DNA of 64,000 nucleotides from an uncultured Planctomycetota bacterium (lineage in GTDB: Bacteria; Planctomycetota; Planctomycetia; Pirellulales; Lacipirellulaceae), in the NCBI GenBank assembly GCA_963719315.1, contig CAVRBU010000004.1:96001-160000 (forward strand). Reading direction: 5' to 3'. Both the position numbers and the translations under genes were made by a program. The notes under the pieces are model-generated. The model was given only the letters and a program-made list of their open reading frames with translations, made no database searches and was not told where the DNA came from. Within the stretch, counting starts at the first letter, position 1. Every line of letters begins with the position of its first letter. This document shows positions 40,030-51,259 of the stretch, piece after piece.

Positions 40030-42943
40030 ATGATGATCGAGGTTTGGCTTGCCGCCGTATTGTCTGCGATGAGCGTAGTCACGCCGGCTGCCACGATCGA
40101 GGGTGAGTCAACAGTATGGCATCCGATTACGATAACGTTCCGCGGCCCAGAGGCGGACGCAGCCGATCAAGCCAGCAACCCGTTTTTGGACGCCCGCTTG
40201 CAAGTTAGCTTCAAGGGGCCGGCAAACAGGCTTGTCGTCGTGCCGGGCTTCTTTGACGGCGATGGGCAGGGGGGATCGAAGGGGCAAGCGTGGCGCGTGC
40301 GGTTCACGCCCGATGCACCGGGACTGTGGCGCTTTGACGCATCGTTTCGGCAGGGTCGCAACGTCGCAATTGATTTGAAACCCGATGCGGGCAAGCCACT
40401 CGAGATATCGGGATTGTCGGGTACATTCGTCGTGGCGCCGCGCGATCCTGAAGCGCCGGGATTCTTGAAATGGGGACGATTGAACTACGTAGGCGGGCAT
40501 TACTTGAAGTTCCAAGATGGTCCCTATTGGCTTCGCGGCGGCACGGATGAACCCGAGGATTTCCTCGCGTATGCCGGATTTGACCAGACGCCGCCCAAGC
40601 ATCGCTTTGCGGCCCACGAATCCGATTGGCGAGACGGCGATCCCGATTGGGGCAATGGCCGAGGACGCGCGATCATCGGGGCGTTAAACTATCTGGCCAG
40701 CCAGCACGTCAACAGCATCTATTTCCTCACGATGAACGTCGGCGGCGACGGCAAGGATGTCTGGCCGTGGATTGGGCCGATCGATCCCAAGGGCAGTGGA
40801 GCGAACGACAACCTGCATTTCGACTTGGGTAAGCTGCGACAGTGGGAGGTCGTATTTGACCACGCCCAGAGGCTGGGAATCTTTTTGCATTTTGTGTTTA
40901 ACGAGGCCGAAGCGGCAAACAAGCGTGAATTGGATAATGGAGAGCTGGGAATCGAGCGCAAACTCTATTACCGCGAAATGATTGCCCGCTTCGGTCATCA
41001 TTTAGCGCTGGAGTGGAACTTGTGCGAGGAATACAACCTCGACTTCAACTTCGGCGCCGATCGCATTCGAGAGTTTGCGGACTACGTGCGTGCGGTCGAT
41101 TCCTACAATCATCCGATTGCCGTGCACAGCGCCGGAGATCCGCTTAAGCAACTGAGTTTCACGTTCGGCGATCCGAGGTTCAGCTTTACATCGATCCAAC
41201 TGAACCAGCGGCCGATCCACGAGGTGGCTCAAGCGATGCGCGCCGCCACACGCCACTCCGGCCGTCCGCTACCCATCAGTCTCGACGAATTTACGCTCGA
41301 TCGCGGCCAGCGTGCATCGCACATACCCGTCGACGACGCCGCAGGCCATCGCCGCGAGAAGATTTGGCCGGCCTATTTTTCAGGCGGCATGGTTGAATTC
41401 ATTCTGGAAGACCTGCTGCGTACCGACAGCTTTAAAACGCCGGAGCGAGAGAAGCTGTGGCGCTATTTGTGGTACGCCCGCCGATTCATGGAAGAGAACC
41501 TGCCATTTTGGGAAATGGCGCTGGGCGATGCGTTGTCATCCGGGGGTGCCACGATCACCGTGGGAATCGGCGGCGGGCGTACGGTTCCGCTGGGGCCACA
41601 GGTACTTGCGAAGCCCGGCGAAGTGTACGCGGTCTATTTGCCCACCTGTACTGCAACCGGCACTCTGGACTTAACTGAGCTGCATGGTACGGCCGAACGG
41701 CGTTGGTTCAATCCGCGCTCCGGAATCTTCGTCGGTGCTCCGGCCGAAATCGTGGGTGGCGGGCAATGTCAACTTGGCCCTCCGCCTGCTGATCCGGCTG
41801 AGGATTGGGTTGTGCTGATCCGACGCATCGGCAAGCCAAATCGGCCGGCAATCGATACCGCGCTTTTTCGCGACAGCGCTCACCACTGGCGGTATTTTCG
41901 CGACGCTAGCCGCGTGATACAGGCCCTTCCGGACCAGGCAGCGTACTCGCCCGCGCAGGTCGATGAGATTGTCGGCAACATCCTACTGTTTCAACGCGAG
42001 AATGGAGGCTGGCCGAAGGACTACGATTATCTGGCGGTTCTGACCCCCGAACAAATTGGAGCTGTGCGTGCGACGCGCGGCCGAGCGGACACATCGTTTG
42101 ACAATCACAACATTCATTCTCAGGTAGACTATCTGGCGCGGGCCTATGCAACGTCTGGCGTCGAAAGCTGGCGCGACGCTTGTCAGCGCGGCTTCGATTT
42201 TATGTTGACTGCACAACTCGACAACGGCGGTTTCCCGCAGAGGTACCCGAATCCTACAGGCTATGCGGCTCACATTACGTTCAACGACGGTGTAATGATT
42301 GGCATACTGAACGTATTGAAAGACGCCGCCGACGGTTTGCCGCATTGGGAATGGTTGGACGCGGATCGCCGGCGGCGAGCGCAGCAAGCTGTGGATCGGG
42401 GAGTCGAGTGTATCCTCAAGTGTCAAATTCACTCCGGCGACGAACCCACCGGTTGGTGTCAGCAGCACGATGAAAAAACTTACGAGGCCGCAAGCGCAGC
42501 GAACTTTCGAGTTGGCCTCCTGCTGTCCTCAAGATACTACGGAGATCGTTCGCTTCCTCATGCGCATCGAAAACCCTGACGACCGTATCTCAAAGGTGAT
42601 CGACGACGCAGTCGCGTGGCTTGGCAAGACAGAAATAACTGGAATCCGTGTCCAACGCGTGGCGGCACCCACGGAAACGTTCGAGCGCTATACGGCGGAC
42701 TTCGACGTGGTTGTCGTACCGGATGACAGCGCGCCGCCGATTTGGGCCAGGCACTACGAGATCGGCACCAACCGGCCCGTGTTCGCCGGCCGAGATGGGA
42801 TTAAGCGATACTCGCTTGCTGAAATAGAGCGGGAACGCCGAGCAGGCACGCCCTGGTATGGAAATTGGCCGCGCCCGCTGCTCGCATCGGAATACGACGA
42901 GTGGCGTGAAAAACGGCGAAAAGCGTCAACCGGTTCCAAGTGA
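40030..42943 (+). CDS. DUF5060/glycoside-hydrolase-like protein fused to a PL10 pectate lyase (frameshift near 42500)
   Basis: NPFLD...VPGFFDGDG...WRVRFTP; WNLCEE; WFNPRSG...DWV; then FQRENGGWPK, SFDN, GGFPQRYP, ITFNDG, WCQQH, WARHYEI, ERRAG. Confidence 0.82.
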
Positions 42944-42971
42944 GCCCAGATCCACTTCTTGGAGCACCAAA

Positions 42972-44513
42972 GTGAATCGCAATCTTCTGATGGTGCTCAT
43001 GACTCTTTTTTGTTGGGGCACTTGGACGAGCCCGCCGACGAATGCCAACTCGCCTGCGCGACTGGAGATTGTGGTCACTGATGTGGGCGGCCAGACTCTA
43101 CCCTGCCGAGTTCATCTCGTCGATCAGCAGGGCAATGCACAGAAAGTGGCCGGGCAGCCTTTTTGGCGCGATCACTTTGTCTGTTCGGGGCGCTCTACGG
43201 CCACGCTTGCACCGGGGAAATTCGACTATTCAATTGAGCGCGGGCCCGAATACCAGCGCAAGGCCGGACAGTTAGAGATCTCGGAAGGCGAAGATCGCAC
43301 GCTGAATTTTACGCTCGAACGGATCGCGAACCTGCGCACGGCTGGATGGTACTCCGCCGATCTTCACGTTCATCGATCACTCAATGAGATTGAACAACTG
43401 ATGCGCGCCGAGGACCTGGACTTTGCCACGTTGATTACCTGGTGGAACAACCGCAACATCTGGAAGGACAAGGTGAGTCCCGAGACGGACACCCGGCAAT
43501 TCGACGGGCACCGAATTTATACCGTCATGGCGGGCGAGGACGAGCGCGAGGGTGGCGCGCTACTGTTCTTCGGCCTCGACTCGCCATTGGACATCAAAAC
43601 AAACGACCGTGAATTTCCCTCGCAGATGCGGTTCGTTGCACAAGCTAGAGAGCGCAACCGAGAGGTCTGGATCGATATTGAAAAACCGTTTTGGTGGGAC
43701 GTGCCGGTTTGGCTCGCGAGCGGTCAGATGAATTCGATCGGCATCGCAAACAACCATATGTGTCGCAGCCAGATGTACCCAAACGAGGCATGGGGCAAAC
43801 CACGCGATACGAAGCGGCTTCCTGAACCGCGCGGCAATGGTTATTGGACGCAAGAGATTTACTATCACATGCTCAACTGCGGGCTACGTCTTCCGCCCTC
43901 GGCCGGAAGCGCATCGGGGGTCCTGCCTAACCCTGTCGGATACAATCGGGTTTACGTCCACCTCGACGAGTCCTTTACTCGCGATGCCTGGTTTCGCGGC
44001 TTGTCGCGTGGGCGATGCTTCGTGACCAACGGTCCGCTTCTGCTGGCAACAGCGGCTGGCCAGGATCCAGGAGCAACATTCAAACTCCAATCGGGTGAAA
44101 ACCGAAAACTGCGCATCAACATCCAGCTCACGTCACAAGATCCAGTTTCCCAGTTGGAGCTGATTAAGAACGGAAATGTGGTCCAGACCATCAAATGTTC
44201 CGGTGATTCAACCCAACGGCATACGATTGACCTTTCGGTCGACGAACCGGGCTGGTTTCTTATTCGTTCGATAGCCGAAGTGGACAACACTTTTCGTTTC
44301 GCCTCGACCGCCCCTTGGTTTGTCGAAGTTGGCGAGGTTAAAAATCGCGTCAGCCGCGGGTCGGCCCAATTCTTCCTCGATTGGACCAATGAGCGAATCG
44401 AGCGAGTCAAAGCCAACGTGCAAGATACCGCCAAGCGAGAACAAGTGCTTGTCTGGCACGCCAAAGCGCGGGATTTCTGGACGGAACGATTGAAAATGGC
44501 GAACGCCGAATGA
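42972..44513 (+). CDS. CehA/McbA-family (PHP-like) metallohydrolase
   Basis: IERGPEY; WYSADLHVH; SAGSASG; GYNRVYV; GRCFVTNGP. Confidence 0.82.
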   Translation: MNRNLLMVLMTLFCWGTWTSPPTNANSPARLEIVVTDVGGQTLPCRVHLVDQQGNAQKVAGQPFWRDHFVCSGRSTATLAPGKFDYSIERGPEYQRKAGQLEISEGEDRTLNFTLERIANLRTAGWYSADLHVHRSLNEIEQLMRAEDLDFATLITWWNNRNIWKDKVSPETDTRQFDGHRIYTVMAGEDEREGGALLFFGLDSPLDIKTNDREFPSQMRFVAQARERNREVWIDIEKPFWWDVPVWLASGQMNSIGIANNHMCRSQMYPNEAWGKPRDTKRLPEPRGNGYWTQEIYYHMLNCGLRLPPSAGSASGVLPNPVGYNRVYVHLDESFTRDAWFRGLSRGRCFVTNGPLLLATAAGQDPGATFKLQSGENRKLRINIQLTSQDPVSQLELIKNGNVVQTIKCSGDSTQRHTIDLSVDEPGWFLIRSIAEVDNTFRFASTAPWFVEVGEVKNRVSRGSAQFFLDWTNERIERVKANVQDTAKREQVLVWHAKARDFWTERLKMANAE

Positions 44514-44675
44514 TGGCCGGATCGTAAACAACTCGACCGGTTCAACTCTGGACCGGACTTGCTATCGGAGCGCCGAGGCCGATAATAGGTTTCTACTTGC
44601 CAAATTCAGCCCGGCCCAAATGGTCGCTGTCCGCCAGCGACCTCGGGGTTACGCTTCCCACCTGTGGACCTTGCC

Positions 44676-47600
44676 ATGCATACATGGTTGCGAGTCCTCT
44701 CGATCGTCGTGGCTGTCGCTTTCGGCAACAGCGTGCTTTGCGCGGCAACGCCAACTTCCAACTCGGCCCCCACCTTTGAAAGCGATATTCGCCCCATCCT
44801 TCGTGCGCATTGTTTCGATTGCCATGGCGCCGCGGACAAGAAGGAGGGGGGACTCGATTTGCGGCTCGTGCGGTTTCAACTCTCCGGCGGCGACTCGGGC
44901 CCGGCGATCGTGCCGGGGCACCCCGACAATAGCTATTTGCTGGCTCGGCTTCGCGACGGCGAGATGCCCCCGAAGGGTGAAAAAGTGCCGTCCAAGGAAA
45001 TTGAAACAATCGCCCGCTGGATTGCCAGCGGCGCCAAGACCGCGCGGCCGGAGCCCGAGTCGATCGCTCCAGGCCTGGGCATTGCCGACGAGGAGCGCTC
45101 CTGGTGGTCGTTTCGGCCGATTGAACGGCCCGCCGTATTAGTGCAGGCGACCGACGTCCAAGTGCGCACTCAAATCGACGCGCTGCTGCGCGCGTCGATG
45201 CCACAGGGACTCGCGTTTTCGCCCGACGCCGACAAGCGCAGCCTCATGCTGCGCGCGTTTTTCGACCTCGTTGGCTTGCCTCCGACGCCCGACGAAGTTG
45301 AGGCATTTATGGGCGACCAGTCGGCCGACGCCTACGAGAAGCTGGTCGATCGGCTGCTCGCATCGCCACACTACGGCGAACGGTGGGGCCGTCATTGGCT
45401 CGACGCGGCCGGCTATGCGGATAGCGAAGGCGGCGCCGCGACCGACGCGGTCCGTGCTTGGGCATTCAAGTACCGCGACTATGTGATTCGTGCCTTCAAT
45501 TCTGATAAGTCGTTCGATCGATTCGTGCACGAACAGCTGGCGGGCGACGAATTGGCGGGACCGATCAAAGGCGACATGAGCCCCGCGCAGGTCGATCTCC
45601 TGACGGCTACGGGCTACATGCGAATGGCGGCCGACGGGACCAGCGGCGATGGTTCGCCGGAGGTCAAGAACCAGGTCGTCGCCGACACCGTGAAAATCGT
45701 AACCAGTTCGCTGCTGGGCCTCACCGTGGCATGCGCCCAATGCCATGATCATCGCTATGATCCGGTTCCCCAGTCGGACTACTATGCGTTGCGCAGTGTT
45801 CGAGCCGGCGCTTGATTGGCAGGCGTGGAAGACGCCGAATGAGCGGCAAGTTTCTCTTTACACGGCTGCCGATCGCGAGCGTGCGGCCGCGATAGAAGCT
45901 GAGGCACAGAAGATCGCAGCCGAACGTGCGGCGAAGCTAGCCGTGTACATGGCCGAAGCGCTCGAAAAGGAATTGACCAAATACGCCGAGCCGCTGCGCA
46001 CGGAGTTGCGGGCCGCGTACCAAACGGCGTCCGACAAGCGCAACGAAGTTCAAAAAAAACTGCTAGATAAGAATCCCAGCGTGAACATAACAGAAGGTGT
46101 TCTGTATCAATACAACCAGGCAGCCGCGGACGACCTCAAGAAATTCGACGAGCGCATCGCCGCAACGCGTGCCAAGAAGCCGGCGGAAGAATTCCTGCGG
46201 GCTCTCGTCGAGCCGCCGGCGCATGTTCCCGAGACACGGCTGTTCAACCGCGGCGATTATCGCCAGCCCATGCAGCCGATTAGTCCCGGAATGTTATCGG
46301 TCTGCTCGCCGGCCAGCGGTCGAATCGAATTTGCGGCGAAGAGTGCCGAGTTGCCGACCACGGGCCGTCGCCTGGCTTTCGCCCACTGGCTGACTGGGCC
46401 TGCCAACCCGTTGACGGCGCGGGTCATTGCCAACCGGGTATGGTTGCATCACTTCGGCCGCGGCCTCGTATCGACCCCGGCCGATTTCGGACGCTTGGGG
46501 TCGCTGCCGACGCACCCGGCATTGCTCGATTGGCTGGCGACCGAATTTCGCGATTCGGGTTGGAGCCTCAAGCATCTGCATCGATTGATCATGCTGTCCA
46601 CCGCGTACCGTCAGTCGTCGCGACGTGAACCGGCCCAAATCGCGATCGATGCCGAGAACCATTACTACGGCCGGCAGAATGTTGTCCGCCTCGATGCGGA
46701 GGTGGTTCGCGACCGCGCGCTCGCGGCGACCGGAGCGCTGGATCGCGCGATGTTTGGTCCATCCGTCAACGTCAAGGAAGACGACAGTGGCCAGGTGGTT
46801 GTGGCCAGCGACTCGCATCGTCGCAGCTTATACCTGTTGCAGCGCCGTAGCCAGCCAGTGGCGTTGATGCAAGCCTTCGACGCCCCGGTGATGGTGACCA
46901 ATTGCGAGGCACGCTCATCTTCCACCGTCGCGACCCAATCACTGATGCTTATGAACGGCGAGTTCTGGTTGAGCCAGGCGATGTCGTTGGCCGATCGCGC
47001 ACAGCGTGAGCTGGCGAAGGCCGTGCCGGCTGACTTGATTGCCAGTCTGCCGCGGCGTTGGGATCCGTCGCCGCCGGTCTGGCAGTTTGGCTACGGAAGC
47101 TGCGATGTAGCCTCAGGCCGAACAACTTCGTTTACGCCGCTGGGCAATTGGACAGGTTCGAGCTGGCAAGGCGGCGAAAAGTTGCCCGACGAGCGCACAG
47201 GTTGGGTGTTGCTGCATAAAGATGGTGGTCACCCCGGCAACAACCCCGATTACGCCGCCATCCGCCGCTGGACCGCGCCGGCCAATGGACTACTCACCAT
47301 CAAAGGCGCGCTGAATCACGACAGCCCGAATGGTGACGGCGTGCGCGGCCGCGTTGTTGTCAGCACCTTGGGCATCGCCAGCCAGTGGACGGCGCATAAC
47401 GCCCAGACACGGACAGACGTCGAAAAGATCGTGGTGCGGGAGGGCGACACGCTCGACTTCATCACCGATTGTCGCGACCACGTTACATCCGATTCATTCG
47501 TGTGGCGCGTCAACTTAACGCTTACACAGGACGACGGCACCTCCTCGGTTTTTCGGTCGGGCGAGGGATTCCACGGCCCAACAGCGCAACCAGCTCCCGT

Positions 47601-47817
47601 CGAAGTTGAAAGTATCGTCAGGGCGTGGCAATTGGCGTACTCGCGACTTCCCTCGCGCGATGAGCTGCAATCGGCTTGCGAATTCGTGACACGTCAACGC
47701 AAATACTTGCGCCTTCACTCACAACAGATTTCCCCGGGTCGATCTCCGGAAACTCAAGCGCTGGCGAACCTCTGCCATGCGCTGTTATGTTCCAACGAAT
47801 TCTTGTATGTGGATTAA
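44676..47817 (+). CDS. PSD1/planctomycete cytochrome c protein (PSCyt1-DUF1549-DUF1553; frameshift near 45795)
   Basis: CFDCH and CAQCH; YGERWGRHWLD; TARVIANRVWLHHFGRGLV; PTHPALLDWLA; SNEFLYVD. Confidence 0.92.
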
Positions 47818-47850
47818 CGATTCACAGAAATGCTTTTAGCGGGGTCATCG

Positions 47851-49308
47851 ATGTTTGAGCCGACAATTCCGCCGCTTTTCCGCCGACAATTCCTGGCCGA
47901 GAACGCCATGGGAATCGGCGCCGTCGCGCTCGCGTGGTTGAGCTCACAGCTGTCGGCCGGTGCGGTTCCGCTCAAGCTGACTAAGGAGGCAGGCAGCTTT
48001 GATCTTAAGCCTAAGCTGCCGCACTTCGCGCCGTGCGCCACGGCCATGATTTCGCTCTTTCAGCATGGCGGCCCATCCCACGTCGACCTCTTCGATCCCA
48101 AGCCCGAGCTCAGTCGATTGAGCGGCGGCGAATATCAGGGCGCCGTGGATTTCAGCTTCGTGAATCGAGCCAGCAAGACGCTGTTTGGCAGCCCCTGGCG
48201 CTTCGCCAAGCGAGGTGAATGTGGCACGCAGGTATCGGAGCTATTGCCGCACCTGGCTGAGATTGTCGACGACGTCTGCCTCATTCGTTCGATGCACACG
48301 GGGGCCAACGGCCACGAAGTGTCGATCCGCTACTTCCATGGAGGCATACCGGGCGTGGTTGGACGGCCGACGATCGGTTCATGGCTCGTCTATGGACTCG
48401 GCTGCGAGAGCCAGGAGTTGCCCGCGTATCTCGTGCTGACTGATCCCGGCGGCCACCCGGTCGACGGCGCGAGCAATTGGTCGAACGGTTTCCTGCCACC
48501 GCTATTTCAAGGGACGGTGCTCAGGCCGCGCGAGCCCCGAATTTTAAATCTGGAAGCGCCGCCCCATCTTCGCGGCGCCGTGCAACAGCAAAACCTTGCT
48601 TTCTTGAAGGAACTGAATCAGCGGCATCTGGAAGTTCATCCGGGCGAGACGGACCTCGAAGCCCGGATCGCCAGCTACGAATTGGCCGCCGCCATGCAGA
48701 CTGCGGCCGCCGAAGCACTCGACATTTCCTCCGAGTCGGCGGCAACGCACAAACTCTACGGTCTCGACAACCCGGAAACGCGCGAGTACGGCACGCGCTG
48801 TTTGATCGCCCGACGGTTAGTAGAACGTGGCGTGCGATTCGTGCAGTTGTTCCTGGGGGGCCAGCCTTGGGACACTCACAGCAACATTCGCGAGGGGCTT
48901 CCGGCCATCTGCCGACGAACCGATCAGCCGTCGGCGGCGCTGGTCAAAGATCTCAAACAGCGCGGCATGCTCGACTCGACGGTCGTGCATTGGGGCGGCG
49001 AGATTGGCCGCTTGCCCGTTACCGAAAACCATGGCGATCCGGCCCAGTCGGGCCGCGATCACAACGGCCAAGGCTTCAGCATGTGGGTTGCCGGCGGTGG
49101 CTTCCAGCCGGGCATGACGTATGGCGAGACCGATGAGTTTGGCCACCGCGCAGTGACCGATGTCGTGACTCCCAACGATTTCCAGGCCACGCTCTTTCAC
49201 CTTTTTGGCCTGGACCACCGCCAATTGAGCTATTTGCTCAACGGTCGCGAACAACAAATCACGGCCGGCCGCGAAGCGCGCGTGGTCCGAGAAATCATCC
49301 GTCTTTAA
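47851..49308 (+). CDS. DUF1501 domain protein
   Basis: RRQFL; GGPSHVDLFDPKP; ARRLVERGVRFVQ; WDTH; GRDH; follows the PSD1 gene as usual. Confidence 0.93.
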   Translation: MFEPTIPPLFRRQFLAENAMGIGAVALAWLSSQLSAGAVPLKLTKEAGSFDLKPKLPHFAPCATAMISLFQHGGPSHVDLFDPKPELSRLSGGEYQGAVDFSFVNRASKTLFGSPWRFAKRGECGTQVSELLPHLAEIVDDVCLIRSMHTGANGHEVSIRYFHGGIPGVVGRPTIGSWLVYGLGCESQELPAYLVLTDPGGHPVDGASNWSNGFLPPLFQGTVLRPREPRILNLEAPPHLRGAVQQQNLAFLKELNQRHLEVHPGETDLEARIASYELAAAMQTAAAEALDISSESAATHKLYGLDNPETREYGTRCLIARRLVERGVRFVQLFLGGQPWDTHSNIREGLPAICRRTDQPSAALVKDLKQRGMLDSTVVHWGGEIGRLPVTENHGDPAQSGRDHNGQGFSMWVAGGGFQPGMTYGETDEFGHRAVTDVVTPNDFQATLFHLFGLDHRQLSYLLNGREQQITAGREARVVREIIRL

Positions 49309-49336
49309 AGCAGTAACCGCGAATTGGAGGTCCACC

Positions 49337-50251
49337 TTGATTCATTACGGCATGTCGATTTTGCTTTGCGCTTTAACCTGCTTGTTCGCAGCGTCCGCGG
49401 CAGCACAGCAATCGTCCTATGATCAGCACGAGAATGTCGTCTACGGCGAAGCGGATGGCGTCGGCCTCGTAATGGACGTATTTACTCCCAAAGAAGATGG
49501 CAATGGACTTGGAATCATTGACGTAATCAGCGGAGCCTGGCATTCCGACCGCGGCAAGATTCGCGATCATGCCCGCGCACAAACGTTTCAGATTCTGTGC
49601 GGAAAAGGATACACGGTTTTCGCCGTCCGACCCGGATCCATCACGAAATTCAGCGCGCTGGAAATGCTCGCCCACATCAACGAAGGAATTCGTTGGGTGA
49701 AAGGAAATGCCGACGTCTACAAAATCGATCCCGACCGACTTGGGCTGATGGGAGCTTCGGCCGGAGGTCACCTCGCCTGCCTGGCTGCGGTCACGGCCCA
49801 AGATGGAAACGAAGGATCCAAAGATGGGCGTAAAACCCCCAGCACTCGTGTCAAGGCTGTTGGTGTGTTTTTCCCCCCGACCGATTTCCTGGACTTGGCT
49901 GGCAAAACCATCGACGCGCGAGCGACCAGCGGTATGGGTGAGTTGGTCCGCCAGCTTGCTTTCCCGCAGGGGTTGGGCGAAGAGACCGATGCTGAAGTGG
50001 CGGAAAAACTCACTCAGATCTCCCCCGCCCGACTGGTCACGCCGAAAGCGCCTCCCTTTCTTCTGATCCATGGCGACGCCGACCCGGCCGTACCGCTGCA
50101 GCAATCTGAGCGAATGCTCGCCGCCCTAAAACAGGCCGGCGTTTCCGCGGAACTTATCGTGAAGAAGGGCGGCGGTCACCCTTGGCCGACCATTCATGAA
50201 GAAGTCCAAGTGCTCGCCGATTGGTTCGACAAGCAATTAGCACCAAAATGA
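49337..50251 (+). CDS. Alpha/beta hydrolase (esterase)
   Basis: GASAGG; HGDADPAVP; GGGH; signal peptide. Confidence 0.88.
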   Translation: MIHYGMSILLCALTCLFAASAAAQQSSYDQHENVVYGEADGVGLVMDVFTPKEDGNGLGIIDVISGAWHSDRGKIRDHARAQTFQILCGKGYTVFAVRPGSITKFSALEMLAHINEGIRWVKGNADVYKIDPDRLGLMGASAGGHLACLAAVTAQDGNEGSKDGRKTPSTRVKAVGVFFPPTDFLDLAGKTIDARATSGMGELVRQLAFPQGLGEETDAEVAEKLTQISPARLVTPKAPPFLLIHGDADPAVPLQQSERMLAALKQAGVSAELIVKKGGGHPWPTIHEEVQVLADWFDKQLAPK

Positions 50252-50255
50252 CTCC

Positions 50256-51098
50256 CTACGGTCCGGCGTAGCCCCGGGCGGCCAGATCGTCGGCAATTTG
50301 GGTCCCGATTACTCGCGGTTGTCGCAGTTCAACTTCAACCACGATCAATGCTTCGGCCGTTTCGCCGTAGGGTCCCTCGGCTAGAATATCGCCACGATGA
50401 TTGGTCGCTAGCGAGCAGCCAATTGCTTTCCGGCCTTTCCACGGGCCTTCGGTCAGCCAGCCAACGTTGCTTACACCGATTACCGGCAGGTCGTAGAGCT
50501 GCCCCAATTCGCGATAAGCGCGTCGCCACCGCTCGCCATAAGGATTCACTTGGTTGTCATGGTCAGCATCCATGGCCCAAGCCGACGGCGACAACAGCAC
50601 TTGAGCTCCCATTCTGGCTAGCACGTGCCCGATCGCCAGCGAATTCGAATAATTATCTGCGCAGATGCTGATGCCTAACGTGCCAAGCGCCGTATGGGCG
50701 ACAGAGAGGCGATCGCCTATCGAGTACAGATCGTGCGCAATTTCCAATTCATTGATTTTGCGGTGCACCAACAAGACCTGGCCGCGCGGATCGATCAGCA
50801 CGGCTGCATTGTACAGGTGGTCTCCCGCTCGCTCGACGAGACCGGCAACAACAAATACTCCCGTCTCGACCGCGGATTGCGCAAGCCGGTGCGAATGCGG
50901 CCCCGGAATGGGCTGCGCCAGTCGTCTGGCGCTTGGATCGGTCCAGCCCAGGTCCATGCATTCGGGCAGGACAACGAGGTGACAGGTCTTGCTGGCCGCA
51001 TCGCGGATGAACGCTTCGGCTCGCTCAAGATTGGCAGCCGGCTGAGCCCCCTCAACGAGGATTTGGGCCATGCCAATTCGGAGTTTCACAATTGTCAC
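50256..51098 (-). CDS. Carbon-nitrogen hydrolase (nitrilase superfamily)
   Basis: VLPE; HRKI; ICAD (E-K-C triad). Confidence 0.9.
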   Translation of the reverse strand: MTIVKLRIGMAQILVEGAQPAANLERAEAFIRDAASKTCHLVVLPECMDLGWTDPSARRLAQPIPGPHSHRLAQSAVETGVFVVAGLVERAGDHLYNAAVLIDPRGQVLLVHRKINELEIAHDLYSIGDRLSVAHTALGTLGISICADNYSNSLAIGHVLARMGAQVLLSPSAWAMDADHDNQVNPYGERWRRAYRELGQLYDLPVIGVSNVGWLTEGPWKGRKAIGCSLATNHRGDILAEGPYGETAEALIVVEVELRQPRVIGTQIADDLAARGYAGP

Positions 51099-51259
51099 CA
51101 GGCGTGATTGCCCGTTATAAGTTGCTCGACTCTCTACAATACTGTTGGCGAACGCCAACGTTTATTAGCATATATGCAGGACGCCGAGAAAGACTATCAA
51201 CGCACGAACAGCGCTGGCCTGATCGTGTTTTCCAAAGCAACCGTTGAGGGATAACGTCA

